NCBI GenBank assembly: GCA_024278175.1
Contig: JAJRTS010000085.1
Coordinates: 59,844-123,843 of the forward strand
Direction: 5' to 3'
DNA: 64,000 nt
DNA from: Gemmatimonadales bacterium
GTDB lineage: Bacteria; Gemmatimonadota; Glassbacteria; GWA2-58-10
The position numbers and the translations under genes were made by a program. Positions 37,200 to 48,200 of the stretch are shown one piece after another (the stretch's first letter is position 1; every line of letters starts with the position of its first letter). The notes under the pieces are model-generated. The model was not told the origin of the DNA. It did not search any database and worked only from the letters and a program-made list of their open reading frames with translations.

Positions 37200-38357
37200 T
37201 TACGCGCCGACGGCGAGGCGGTGCGCCTCGGCCATCGCGAGTGCGAAATCACGCACGTCGAGCGGGTTGAACGACGGGATCCCCTCGTCGTTGGCGATCT
37301 GCTCCGCCTGTGAGCCTTTCTGGGCGGCCATCAGGGTTTTATCCAGCGTCTTGGGAATATCGCTGCGCTTATCGCCGATAATGATCGAGAGAAAATCATC
37401 GTTGCCGAACGCATCGCGGCCAAAAGCCCGCAGTCCGGAGTCCTTGCCGTAGTTGCCTTTCTCCACCGCCGGAGCGATCAGGTCGACACCGAAATCCTCG
37501 TAGATCAGCGCCTTGCGCCCGCAGCGTTTCTCGAACACCGGGGCGACCTGCTTGAGCTTCTCGAAATCGAAACCCGGCGCGTCCTGATCGTCGATCCAGA
37601 TGCTGAACTTGCCGCCCTCGCGCTCCACGCGCACCGAGATCAGTGGGTGCTCCTTGACCAGCGCCTGGTAAACACCCCTCATGTTGGGCACGCCCTCGCC
37701 GAAAATTATTTTGCCGTCAACTAACTCCGCCTCACTGCCGTTCTCAACCATAGCCCGGCAGAGCTGTTCCATGCCGGGGCGGCGTCCCTTGACCAGCGGG
37801 TGCTCCAGCACGTTGCCGTTAACGTCGCCCTCAATATAGGTGGCTCCCGCCCCCGTGCTGAAATTGCCCTGGAGGGCCACTTTAACGCCGGTTTCGGCAG
37901 CCGCGGAGAGCACGTCGCGCACAAACGTAAACGCCTCTTGCTCGTTGTAGGGATAGAGGTAATTGAACTTGCCCCCGCGCTCGAACACCATGCCGTACTC
38001 GCCCACCGTACCCAGGGCATCGATCTTGAGCCGGTGTTCCTTGAAGAACTCCATCGAGTTCAGGTCCCAGCCGGTGCAGAGCGTGACCTCGATGTCCGGC
38101 TGACCGATCAGATAGCTGATCGCCTCGGCGGCGCCGGGGTACGGGGTCAGCTCGCTGTCGTCGCAATCGACAATGGGGCCGTTCACATCCAGTCCGCAGA
38201 CAATCTGCCCGGCCAGGTTACGGTTGTGTTTCTCGCCAACCGCCAGAATGTCGGCGATCAACCGTTTCAGCTTGTCCTTATCCAGCTTCAGCTTGTCCGC
38301 CATCCGCACCGCCGGAGCGGAAAGCTCAATATTCGTCGCCGCCATATTTACCAACAC
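37200..38357 (-). CDS. HAD-like hydrolase (HAD-IIB-like, large cap), function unknown
   Basis: Weak HAD motifs: CGLDVNGPIV (motif I-like) and IIIGDKRSDI (motif IV). Confidence 0.35.
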   Translation of the reverse strand: MLVNMAATNIELSAPAVRMADKLKLDKDKLKRLIADILAVGEKHNRNLAGQIVCGLDVNGPIVDCDDSELTPYPGAAEAISYLIGQPDIEVTLCTGWDLNSMEFFKEHRLKIDALGTVGEYGMVFERGGKFNYLYPYNEQEAFTFVRDVLSAAAETGVKVALQGNFSTGAGATYIEGDVNGNVLEHPLVKGRRPGMEQLCRAMVENGSEAELVDGKIIFGEGVPNMRGVYQALVKEHPLISVRVEREGGKFSIWIDDQDAPGFDFEKLKQVAPVFEKRCGRKALIYEDFGVDLIAPAVEKGNYGKDSGLRAFGRDAFGNDDFLSIIIGDKRSDIPKTLDKTLMAAQKGSQAEQIANDEGIPSFNPLDVRDFALAMAEAHRLAVGA

Positions 38358-38417
38358 CTCCGCTTCAGATCATTATGATTTAAATCAAAAGTACTGCATC
38401 CGCTGAAAAGCCCTACT

Positions 38418-39380
38418 TTACAGCAACTCCGGTGTCACCGTAACCTTGCTCGTTTTCTTCTCACCGGGGTCGATAGCCGTCATGCCGACTTTCCTGTCGA
38501 ACGGCTCCTGTTCCTCGTGGTCGTCCATACCCTGCCACGGCTCGATACAGATAAACTCATCACCCGGCTCGGACCAGAAGCCCAGATGCGGCATGTCGGG
38601 GAAATCCACCCGCACGGCTATTCCGGCGTTGGGGTCTTCCAGACTCACGTGGCGCATGGCCGGATCGTCGATAGCGTACATCAGCGTGGCCTCCAACTCG
38701 TCCTCGGTCCACTCAATCGCCCCGTCCACTTCCAGCTCCGTGGTCTCGCCGGTAAGACGGCAGTGTTCGTTGTTGTGGTACTTTGTGATCTTACCCGCAC
38801 CGAACACGAGCTTGCAGTCCTGTTTGGCGCCTTGGCCGGGCACGAGCGGCGCGCGGAAACCGGGATGCCAGCCCCAGCAGGCGTGCATGGTTTCCGTGCC
38901 GGTGTTGGTCAGCTCGAACAGTACCGAAAGGCTGTTACCCACCAGCTCTAAAGTCAGTTCAAGGCGGAACTCGAACGGGTAGTATTCGCGCGTATAGCTG
39001 TTTGAATCAAGGCGGTACTTGATCCTGGCGCTATTCTCATGGCTGGTCTCCACAAGCGCGAACTCACTGTGGCGGGCCACGCCGTGGTTACCCGGCGAGG
39101 TGATAACCTTCTCGCCCAGCCGGCTTTCATTATTTTTGATTCCGCCGACAATGGGAAAAAGAACCGTGGCGTGGTTTTTCCAACCGTTTTCGGGCGGCTC
39201 AATCTGGGAATCACGGTACATCAGGCCAACCACGTTATCTTCCTTTTTACGACGGTCGGTGATCCGGTAGCCGATCACCTCGCAGCCCTGGCGATTAATC
39301 ATCACCGAAGCGCCATCGCCCTGTGCGCACAGCATGTCGATTTTACGGATGTTGTCGATCCTGACGGTAAATGCACTCAT
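38418..39380 (-). CDS. aldose 1-epimerase family protein
   Basis: Galactose-mutarotase-like motifs HPGF, GFWSEPGDEFICIEPW. Confidence 0.7.
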   Translation of the reverse strand: MSAFTVRIDNIRKIDMLCAQGDGASVMINRQGCEVIGYRITDRRKKEDNVVGLMYRDSQIEPPENGWKNHATVLFPIVGGIKNNESRLGEKVITSPGNHGVARHSEFALVETSHENSARIKYRLDSNSYTREYYPFEFRLELTLELVGNSLSVLFELTNTGTETMHACWGWHPGFRAPLVPGQGAKQDCKLVFGAGKITKYHNNEHCRLTGETTELEVDGAIEWTEDELEATLMYAIDDPAMRHVSLEDPNAGIAVRVDFPDMPHLGFWSEPGDEFICIEPWQGMDDHEEQEPFDRKVGMTAIDPGEKKTSKVTVTPELL

Positions 39381-39586
39381 CGATACCGGCTCCCTTAGAA
39401 AAAAACGCTCTTCGCTCTAGATCTTTCGCTCATCATGCGGATTTTAACAGGCAGGAATCAGCCCATTTTGGGTAAAAGATGGAAATTAGAAATATAACCT
39501 CATTGTCATTTCAAGTCAAAAATAAATCCTCCACACCCTCCCGCCGTCCTTGACATGCGCAATCGCTGCCGTGTAGCTTTGCGGCA

Positions 39587-40294
39587 ATGGATATCCGGAG
39601 AAAAAGCCTGTTGGCCGGGGCCGCCCAGGCAAGCGGCTGCGCGGTTATTGTCGATGTGTTCCGGGCCTTCACCTGCGCCAGTATCATGCTGCACTATCGC
39701 CCGGCGCAGCTAAGGCTGGAGCAGGCCCCCCGGCAGTGTCTGCTTCTTAAGCGCGGGCAAGGATACCTGGCTGTCGGTGAAAATGAGGGTGTGCCGCTAG
39801 AGGGGTTCGACCTGGGTAACTCGCCCGGCGAGATCGCCGCCAGAGGCAGGGAGTTTTTTGCCGGGCGCAAAGTGGTCCTGCGCACCTCGGCTGGGGTGCG
39901 GGGTATTTTTGCCGCCAGAGAGCACGCAAAGTCCATCTGGGCCGGTTCGTATACCACCGCCGGCGCGCTGGCGAGGGCGATCACCCGCGAGTCCCCCCGC
40001 CAGGTGCAGATTGTGGCGATGGGCTGGGGCGGCCGGGAACAAACTCCGGAGGATGAGCAGTGTGCGCGCTACCTGCACTCCCTGCTGGACCCCGACCTCA
40101 GCTACGACCACGCGGCCGCGCTGGAGGAGATCATGGCCCACGAGAGCGCACGCAAATTCCTGCGGGCGGACAAGCAGCATTTTCCGCCCGGCGATCTGAC
40201 GTGGTGCCTGCAGCGCGACCTGTTCGATTTTGCGATGAAAGTGGACAACTCAGCGGGAACGTTGCGCTTGATCCGGGTAGATTCCGCCGGCTAA
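39587..40294 (+). CDS. 2-phosphosulfolactate phosphatase (ComB) family protein
   Basis: About 235 aa. The IVDVFRAFT N-terminus is typical of the ComB family. Confidence 0.6.
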   Translation: MDIRRKSLLAGAAQASGCAVIVDVFRAFTCASIMLHYRPAQLRLEQAPRQCLLLKRGQGYLAVGENEGVPLEGFDLGNSPGEIAARGREFFAGRKVVLRTSAGVRGIFAAREHAKSIWAGSYTTAGALARAITRESPRQVQIVAMGWGGREQTPEDEQCARYLHSLLDPDLSYDHAAALEEIMAHESARKFLRADKQHFPPGDLTWCLQRDLFDFAMKVDNSAGTLRLIRVDSAG

Positions 40295-41928
40295 CCCTGC
40301 TGCTCCGGCGGCGAACCGGACTCGTCCTGAGTGCCGGCGGGCTCCTGCTCCTCCTGCCCGTTGTCGGGAGGGTTTAAATCAAGGCTCTGGGTGGTGGCTG
40401 TCACCTTGCCGTCCTTGCGGGAGAGATACGAGGGGATTTTCTGATGGTCCAGCGGGTTAATTTCTTCCTCGTAGCCGCTCTTGGCCGCTATCAGTGAACC
40501 GATCAGCAATAACCCCGCTCCGATCAGTATCGACTCCCCCATCGCGGAAAAAACGATATAGTACAGGATCGAAATCAGCACGGCCAGACTGACCACGACC
40601 GGCGAGGCGAACAACACCTTGCGGATCGCCTGCATGGTCCTGATCCCGCCGGAGTTAAGCTCCAGGTAATCATTGATCAGCCGGGCAACAGCCTTCCGCG
40701 GCTTTCCGTGCAGGTAGAAATTAGCCAGCATCCTGATGTTGAACAGATCCTGATCCTGCCTGGAACTCTGCTTGCAAATCAGATAATGCTCCTCGCCGTC
40801 CACCGCTCTCAGCAGTGCCAGCATGTAGTTGCCGGGCAGGCGGTGGCAGGCGCCGGAGGCGATAAAGGGACGAAGGTTGTAGAGCACCTCGGAGCGAAGG
40901 TAGAAGCGGCCCTTTTTAGAGTTGCGGGACTGGTTGAAAAAACTTCCGGCTATCGAAGCTCCCGCCGGGGCAAGATCAGATTCAAGCGCGCCGGGACAGA
41001 CAAACTCGTAGCGCAGGGCGATCGCCCTGGCCCCGGTAACGGAGTTGGCGCGCACGTAATCGGCCAGTACCTCGATCCCCGCTTTCTGGATATTGCTGAT
41101 CTCAAGCTCCATCCCGGCGTCATTCATCGCCCGCTCCAGCTTTTCGAAATCGATCTCCCCGGAGTTTAACAAGCGGAAAACAGTGCTGATTTTCGTCAGG
41201 GCCTCCGCCTTGATAACACTCTCGTGAGCCAGTTGGTCGCGGATACCGCCCCCCTCGCTGTTCTGTTTATCGCTCTGATCGCTAAAGCGCTGAATCAACA
41301 TCGCCTCGTCGAAAATGGCGGGCAAACCGATCTGGCCGATTATTTCCCGAATCCCGAGGTCCTCCTCCAGCGGCCCTTTCAGCACACGGTAGCGCAGCTC
41401 CAGGTACTTTTGCATCCCCCGGCTCCAGATAAAGCGGAACAGCGGTTCCAGTTCAAGAGTGTGGACAAACTCCATCACCGTACCGGGATTAGCCGCTCCC
41501 GTGATCAGAAAATAGAGTCGGCGCACCTGGCTGTCGCTTACCTCTTTCGCTGAGCCGAGCTGTTCCAGCTGAAGTTTCCCGGCATCCGGGCTGAGCAGAA
41601 TCCGCAGGGTTTCCAGCTCACAACTGAGCGGCATCCTGTCGAACCGGTAAACCCTGCGGGCCAACGTATCAAGCGCCTTGTTGAGCGGTCCCAGGCTGAT
41701 CCCGAACTCGAAAGAGATAGTCAGCAGGGCGCTGTAATTACCGGCGGCTATCGCCTCGATTATCCGGGAAAAATAAACAACCTCCTCGCCCTGCTCGATC
41801 AGGCGGTTGTAGCGTGCTATTTTTATTTGATCACGAATTTGCGCCTTGGTGTGCATCGCTGTATTCCCGCTCGTGTGCTGTGATTTGCCTGCTGTCCGTG
41901 GGGCGGTGCTTACCGCCTCAATTATCAC
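40291..41928 (-). CDS. hypothetical protein with C-terminal TM helices
   Basis: 545-aa ORF, no recognisable catalytic motif. Two C-terminal TM helices and an acidic Pro/Gln-rich tail. Start uncertain (MHTKAQ at 41856 is possible). Confidence 0.4.
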   Translation of the reverse strand: MIIEAVSTAPRTAGKSQHTSGNTAMHTKAQIRDQIKIARYNRLIEQGEEVVYFSRIIEAIAAGNYSALLTISFEFGISLGPLNKALDTLARRVYRFDRMPLSCELETLRILLSPDAGKLQLEQLGSAKEVSDSQVRRLYFLITGAANPGTVMEFVHTLELEPLFRFIWSRGMQKYLELRYRVLKGPLEEDLGIREIIGQIGLPAIFDEAMLIQRFSDQSDKQNSEGGGIRDQLAHESVIKAEALTKISTVFRLLNSGEIDFEKLERAMNDAGMELEISNIQKAGIEVLADYVRANSVTGARAIALRYEFVCPGALESDLAPAGASIAGSFFNQSRNSKKGRFYLRSEVLYNLRPFIASGACHRLPGNYMLALLRAVDGEEHYLICKQSSRQDQDLFNIRMLANFYLHGKPRKAVARLINDYLELNSGGIRTMQAIRKVLFASPVVVSLAVLISILYYIVFSAMGESILIGAGLLLIGSLIAAKSGYEEEINPLDHQKIPSYLSRKDGKVTATTQSLDLNPPDNGQEEQEPAGTQDESGSPPEQQG

Positions 41929-42967
41929 TTTTGGTTGTATCAGTCACGCCGGCAGCGGTATCCACCGGGCAACCAGCCGCCGTTATTGCCGTATCGGATT
42001 CACCACGGGCGCTCTCCGCTTGATCCAGGTAGCTCTCAAACAGGTTTTCGACCTGGGCGAGACTGACGGCCTCGAACAGGCGACGGCGAAGAGCCGCGCC
42101 CCCTGCCAGCCCCTTCGTATAACTGGCGAAATGCTTGCGCATGAATACCACCCCGTGCCGCTCTCCCCGCTGGGCCACTGTCAGCCGGGCGTGCTCCAGG
42201 GCCAGCGCCAGCCGCTCGCGCTCGGCCGGAGCGCCCGGGTCAGGATTGCCGTCGAGCACACAGCGGGTGCGCTTAAACAGCCACGGGTTGCCCATGATTC
42301 CCCTGCCGATCATCACCGCGGCGCAGCCTGTCTGGGCAAACATCCTCACGGCGTCCTCCGGCTCGAAAATATCTCCACTGCCGATTACCGGCACGGGCAA
42401 TTCGTCGGCCAGGTGCGCGATATGCTCCCAGTTGCTCTTCCCGGAAAAAGCCTGGACCCTGGTGCGGGGATGAATGCACACCGCGCGCGCGCCCGCCTCC
42501 ACCAGGATCCTGCCGACCTGAGCGTAGTTGAGTTCCCGCTCGCTCCAGCCGCTGCGGATTTTAGCCGTCACTGGAACCTCTCCGCTGCTTTTCACCACCG
42601 CCTCGGTTATCCTGCCGATCAGCTCCGGGGTGCGCAGCAGTGACGACCCGCCGTTGCGGCGGACCACTTTTTTGACCGGGCAACCGAAATTGATATCGAT
42701 AAAGTCCGGGGCCAACCGCGCCACGTTGGCCGCCGCCCGGCCCATCACCCCGGGCTCGGAGCCGAACAACTGGATTCCCAGCGGGCGCTCCCCGTCGCTG
42801 AAGTCGAGCAGGAACCGGTTCTTCTCCCAGCAGTACACCAGTCCGTCGGCGCTGACCATCTCGCTCCAGGTGATGTCCGCGCCCAGCCGACGGCAGATCA
42901 GCCGGTAATTCGAGTCGCTCACACCGGCCAGCGGGGCCAGCACAAGCTTGCCGCTGAAATCTATCAT
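41918..42967 (-). CDS. dusB: tRNA-dihydrouridine synthase
   Basis: LAPLAGVSD, FGCP and the TIM-barrel Dus signature. Confidence 0.85.
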   Translation of the reverse strand: MIDFSGKLVLAPLAGVSDSNYRLICRRLGADITWSEMVSADGLVYCWEKNRFLLDFSDGERPLGIQLFGSEPGVMGRAAANVARLAPDFIDINFGCPVKKVVRRNGGSSLLRTPELIGRITEAVVKSSGEVPVTAKIRSGWSERELNYAQVGRILVEAGARAVCIHPRTRVQAFSGKSNWEHIAHLADELPVPVIGSGDIFEPEDAVRMFAQTGCAAVMIGRGIMGNPWLFKRTRCVLDGNPDPGAPAERERLALALEHARLTVAQRGERHGVVFMRKHFASYTKGLAGGAALRRRLFEAVSLAQVENLFESYLDQAESARGESDTAITAAGCPVDTAAGVTDTTKSDN

Positions 42968-43135
42968 TTATTTTCGCCCCGCCGTTATTTTAAATTTCAG
43001 CAATATCGCCGCCAACAGGCTATTACCCGGCCGCGGCGCGGGTGTCACACTTTCACGGCCCTTGCCCGGCAGGCGCGTCCCGTGTAGTTTTGCCAATAAA
43101 CCACCCATACTTCAACCCCTGCGCGGGCCCAAGCC

Positions 43136-43792
43136 ATGCAAGACCACCAGATCCACGAGGTAATCGAAAAACTGACCACAGCCGCGCGCGCCTGGAACGT
43201 GCCGATTGTTACCGAGATGACCCGCCGCACGCGCGACCCGTTCAAAGTGCTGATCACCACCGTGCTGAGCCTTCGCACCAAGGACGAGACCACCGGCGCG
43301 GCCAGCGAGCGGCTTTACGCCGAGGCCGACACCCCGGCGGCGCTCCTGAAACTGAGCGCCGAACGGATCGAAGAACTGATCTATCCGGTCGGGTTCTACC
43401 GCACCAAGGCACAGAGCATTCTGCAAATCTGCCGGATCCTGCTCGACAAGTACGGCGGCGCGGTTCCCGCTGAGCTGGACCCTCTGCTGGAGCTGCCCGG
43501 CGTGGGCCGCAAAACCGCCAACCTGGTGCTGACTCTCGGCTATGGCAAGCCCGGCATCTGCGTGGACACTCACGTCCACAGAATTTCCAACCGGCTGGGC
43601 TACCTCTCCACCAAAACTCCGGACAAAACCGAGTTCGCCCTGCGCGATAAGCTGCCACAACAATACTGGATCATCATCAACGACCTGCTGGTGGCGTTCG
43701 GCCAGAACCTCTGCAAGCCCGTTTCCCCGTTCTGCTCCCGCTGTCCCCTGGCCCATCTCTGCCCGCGCACCGGGGTCAGGCATTCGCGCTGA
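43136..43792 (+). CDS. nth: endonuclease III
   Basis: HhH-GPD motif LPGVGRKTANLVL and C-terminal C-x6-C-x2-C-x5-C 4Fe-4S loop. Confidence 0.85.
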   Translation: MQDHQIHEVIEKLTTAARAWNVPIVTEMTRRTRDPFKVLITTVLSLRTKDETTGAASERLYAEADTPAALLKLSAERIEELIYPVGFYRTKAQSILQICRILLDKYGGAVPAELDPLLELPGVGRKTANLVLTLGYGKPGICVDTHVHRISNRLGYLSTKTPDKTEFALRDKLPQQYWIIINDLLVAFGQNLCKPVSPFCSRCPLAHLCPRTGVRHSR

Positions 43793-43855
43793 AGCAGCCG
43801 CCAACGACATCCTTCATCCTGCCGCTGTATCAAGATCAGTGCAAGGGCGGTTCCT

Positions 43856-44998
43856 TCAGCTCCGGTTGAACTCCTCGATAAACTTCATCGTCTTCTCCAC
43901 CTCTGCCTTTAGTTTCAGCGGGGCGCTCTCCAGGGCGGCCGCCCGGGCACCGATTACCGGCGAGAGGTCAACGTCAAGGCTTAGGGGCTCGGCCAGCGGA
44001 TTGGCGAAACCCAACCCGGCGCTGAGCTGCTCGGCCCGGGAGATAACGCAGGCCCCCAGCGCCAATCCCTGTCCGACGTTGCTCTCGAGACCGAAAGCGG
44101 CACAGTGGTGTAGTTCGATCATCTCGCACACCGAACGGGGTATCTCCCAATGCTCGGCCAGCAGCCTGCCCACGATCAGATGGTTGAAACCGAACAGTTC
44201 CTGCTCCACCCGCATCGGTTCCGGCTCCGGCTCATCGCCGCTCAGTCTTTGGTGCAGCACGGCGGCCCGGTCGCTGTCATAGCGCTCGAAAACCACCCAG
44301 CCGATGTCGTGCAGCAGCGCGGCTGTGGTGACCACGCCGATCTGCCCCGGTTGACCGATCACATCGCGCAACAGGTACTCCGCGCAGATACTAACCACGT
44401 GCGAGTGCATCCAGAACCTCAGCAGGTCGAACCGCTCGCCGAGCTGTTCCTGCCGCGAGTCCAGCCCTTTGTCCACCATCTGCTGGAAAATTATGTTTTT
44501 CACCTGGTTGTATCCCAGGTAGGTTATCGCCCTGGGCAACGAATCGATCCGGGTGCGAAGGCCGACGGCGGCCGCATTGACAGTCTTGAGTATTTTCCCG
44601 GCGTAAAACGGGTTCGAGGCCAGTACGTCGGCCAGCTCTTTCGGCTCCAGGTTGAAATCCAGCCGCACCATCCGCTCCCGGCCGATCTCCGGCATGAGAC
44701 GGATCGCGTGCTCCAGACGCCAGAGAGTCTCGGCCTCTATCTCCTCGCGCCCCAACGGCTTCCAGCCAGCGCCGGTGGCCGGCGCGGGAGCGCCCTCACC
44801 CCTGGAGTCCGCCTGCCTGCGCTCCACGATACCGTCAACCGGGTTACCGCTCCCATTCGTCGCGGCCCGGGTGTGCCTGCGCGGCTGACGGATCACCCTT
44901 TCGATCTTGGGCGGAGGCTTATTGCTTCCGCCGCGCAGCAGAACATATGCTGTCAGCAGCAGCACTGCGAACAGGATTAGAAAGGTCTGGGGGGCCAT
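43856..44998 (-). CDS. membrane-anchored HDOD-domain signalling protein
   Basis: N-terminal TM. HD-related output domain pattern (LLHDIG…, H…HH). Confidence 0.6.
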   Translation of the reverse strand: MAPQTFLILFAVLLLTAYVLLRGGSNKPPPKIERVIRQPRRHTRAATNGSGNPVDGIVERRQADSRGEGAPAPATGAGWKPLGREEIEAETLWRLEHAIRLMPEIGRERMVRLDFNLEPKELADVLASNPFYAGKILKTVNAAAVGLRTRIDSLPRAITYLGYNQVKNIIFQQMVDKGLDSRQEQLGERFDLLRFWMHSHVVSICAEYLLRDVIGQPGQIGVVTTAALLHDIGWVVFERYDSDRAAVLHQRLSGDEPEPEPMRVEQELFGFNHLIVGRLLAEHWEIPRSVCEMIELHHCAAFGLESNVGQGLALGACVISRAEQLSAGLGFANPLAEPLSLDVDLSPVIGARAAALESAPLKLKAEVEKTMKFIEEFNRS

Positions 44999-45236
44999 TG
45001 TTTGGATTCCCGGCGAGCGCGAGGATGAATTATTCGGCGGGGTTGATCAATATTAAATCCCGCGGCTAGCGGAAGTCAAGTTAATTACCCCGCGCGGGCC
45101 GCACCGCGCGTTGCCGGGCAGACTGGCAGAATAGTTATTTGAACTTGACTCATAAGCGGAAAATAGGGTACACTGTTACTTTGCCATCAGATATTGTGAA
45201 AATATTATCCGATGATTTCTTCCGGAGATCTCAGTT

Positions 45237-48200
45237 TTGATAAGTACTGTCAGGAAAATCCCCCCCGTTCTCCTGATTATTTTTTGCACGCTGTGCCAGT
45301 CAGTCTCCGGGCAGGCCGGCGGTGTGGACCGGGACTCCCTGCTGCGTGAAAACCGCCTGCTGCGCGAGCAGCTCGAACATCTCCAGGCACGCCGGGAGGC
45401 GTTTCGCTGGCGGCGTTTCCCCGACGGCCCCCTGCTCAGAAGCGGCACCGTGATGCAAATCGCCCCCGGCCCCGGCTCCAGGCTCGCCTTCGCAACCGAC
45501 AGCCAGGGTCTGGTGCTGTTCGACGGGACCTGGCTGGAGGTGTACGACAGCGAAAACTCATCCCTGCCGGACAATTTCGTTACCGCAACAGCTCTCTTTG
45601 GCGACAAGCTCTGGATCGGCACCGCCGCCGGGCTGGCGGTGCTGGACGCCGACGGCTCGATCCACCGGCCCGCTCCCCTGCCCGGGGAGCTTGCGGGCGG
45701 CACTGTCAGTTGCCTGCTGGCTGCGGGCGATTCCTCGCTCTGGGTGGGAACCCAGGGGGCCGGTCTGTGGCGTTTCGATGGCGAGCGCTGGCAGCAGTTC
45801 ACCTCGCCGGACACCGCCGCCGCCGGGCCGGGAGACATTAACGCGCTGGCACCCAGCGCACCGGGCGACGGAGTATGGGCAGCCACCGCCGGTGAGGGTA
45901 TCTGGCGGGTAACCGGCGGCGCCCTGAAGTGCTTTGGCCAGCCGCTTGGGCCGGGCAGCGAAGAAATCTACAGCGTGATAACCGACAGCGACGCCCTGGT
46001 CTGGATTGGCGCCGCGGGAGCGGGAGCGGGCTTCTGGGACGGGTTCGGCTGGCAGCGCGCTCCGTTGCCCGTGTCCGGCGGCGCGGGCGTGATCTGTATC
46101 GCCGAACTAACGGGCGGCGATCTCTTTTTCGGTACAACCGAAGGGGCCTGGTTCTACGTCCGGCAGGGCAACTCCTGGGAAAAGCTGCCGCTACCCGAGG
46201 AAATCGCCGCCGCGCCGATTGTCGCTGCCGCCGGGCGGAATGGCCGACTGTGGCTGGCCCCCAGCGGAAGCGGCGTCTATTTCCACGACCGTGGCCTGGC
46301 CACGCGCTTCGCCGCCGCCTCCGACCTGCCGTCTGAATCCGTGTATCAGATCAACCAGTCCGCCGATGGCCGCATCTGGTTTTCCACGTTCGGGGGCGTG
46401 GCCATATACGACGGGCGCCGCTGGAGCCGCCTCGACAGACGAAACGGCCTGCCGGACAACCTGGTCACGTTTACCCTGTTCGGGCCGGGAGACACTGTCG
46501 CGTTCGCCACCCACAGGGGAGCGGGCATCCTCTCCGGCGGCCGCTGGAAATACCTGAACAGAGACCTCGGCCTGCGCAGCAACACGATCAACCATCTCGC
46601 CCTGGACAGCCGCGACGGCCTGTGGCTCAGCACAGAGGGTGGTGGACTTACCCTTTCATACAAGGACTCCCTGCTGACATACACAACCGCTGAAGGCCTT
46701 CCCGCCAACCAGGTGCAAGCCGCCCTGCCCGCTGTCGGCGACAGCGTCTGGGTGGCCACCAAGCGGGGGCTGGCCCTGATCACGGGGGGGATGGTTTTGG
46801 GTCCGGCGGCTGATAACGCAACGGATGAGCCCGGGCCACCGGCCGTTCATTACACCGCCCTTGCGATGGACAGCCGGGGCGCGCTGTGGGCGGCCAGTGC
46901 GGGCGACGGGGCCTGGAGAAGAGACGCGGCCGGGCACTGGGAAAAGTTCGGCGTGGAAAACGGCCTGGGCTCCAACGAGGTCTATGCCGTGGCGACCCAC
47001 AGCGATGGGCGGCTGTTTTTCGGCACGCGGGCGGGACTGAGCATCTTCGACGGTTTAAGCTGGCGCAACCTGAGCGGGAAGGACGGGCTCAATCCCGGCG
47101 CTGTCAGGAGCGTGTTTGTCGATTCCGGCGGTGCGCTGTGGCTCTCCGGTGACCGTAACGGCGTGCTCAGGTTCGATACCGGCCGGCTGAAGCTGCCGGA
47201 AACCTATCTCGAAACACCATCCGGTGTGCTGTGCGCGCTCGGCCCCGCTGGAGAACCGCTCCGGCTCGCCCGCGCCGACTCCTCGGGCGAAGGCAGGCTG
47301 ATGCTGGGCAACAGCCGGTACGCTGCTCTGGCCGGCCCGGCCGGAGCCGATACGGTGCGTAGCAACCGGATCAATCTGAGCGTACACGCCGTCACGCCGT
47401 GGTGGAACACGCCCCGGTCCGATTTCACTTTCCAGTGGCGGCTGGACAACGACCCCTGGAGCAGCCACTTGGCGGGCGGTCATCTTACGGTTTTCGACCT
47501 TTCACGCGGCTCTCACGTGCTGGAAGTGCGCGCTCGCGACCCCTATCTCAGGCTGGACCCCACCCCGGCATCGTACAGTTTCTACGTGGACATCCCCACC
47601 CTGCTGGGCGACTGGCGTTTCTGGGCGGCCACGTTTGTGCTCGTCGGCGGTGCGCTTGGCCTCTGGCAGCGCCGCCGCCTGCAATGGTGGCTCAGCATAG
47701 TCCGGCACCGCCGTTTCCGGCCCGTTACGCCCAATCCGTTCAACCCCAACGCGCCCCAGAGCGAACAGGAGCGTTTCCGTGGCAGGGACGAACTGCTGGA
47801 GCGGCTGGCGGGCCTGTTTGACGGCAAGGACCACGGCTCGGTGATAATCCACGGCGGCGAGCGGATCGGCATGACCAGCTTCCTGTTGCAGTGCCGCAAC
47901 CTGGCTGGGCACACGGGAGCGCAAACCGTTTATCTCGACCTGGCCGCGGAAGCGTTTACCGGCGTGGACCGACTGGCAACGCGCCTGGCTGCAAAAATAG
48001 CGCATGATGAGACGGCGGCCGAACACGGCAAAAATAATCCGCTGGATACTCTTGCCGCCCTGCTGGAAACCGGTACCGAGCCGATGGTGCTGATATTCGA
48101 TAACGCGGAGTTGCTCGGCCGCCTGCTTCAGCGTGACAGCGAGCAGGGCAAACGCCTGGTGGCCCTTTTCAGGGCCGCCGTGCTCAAGGACCGCGCGGCG

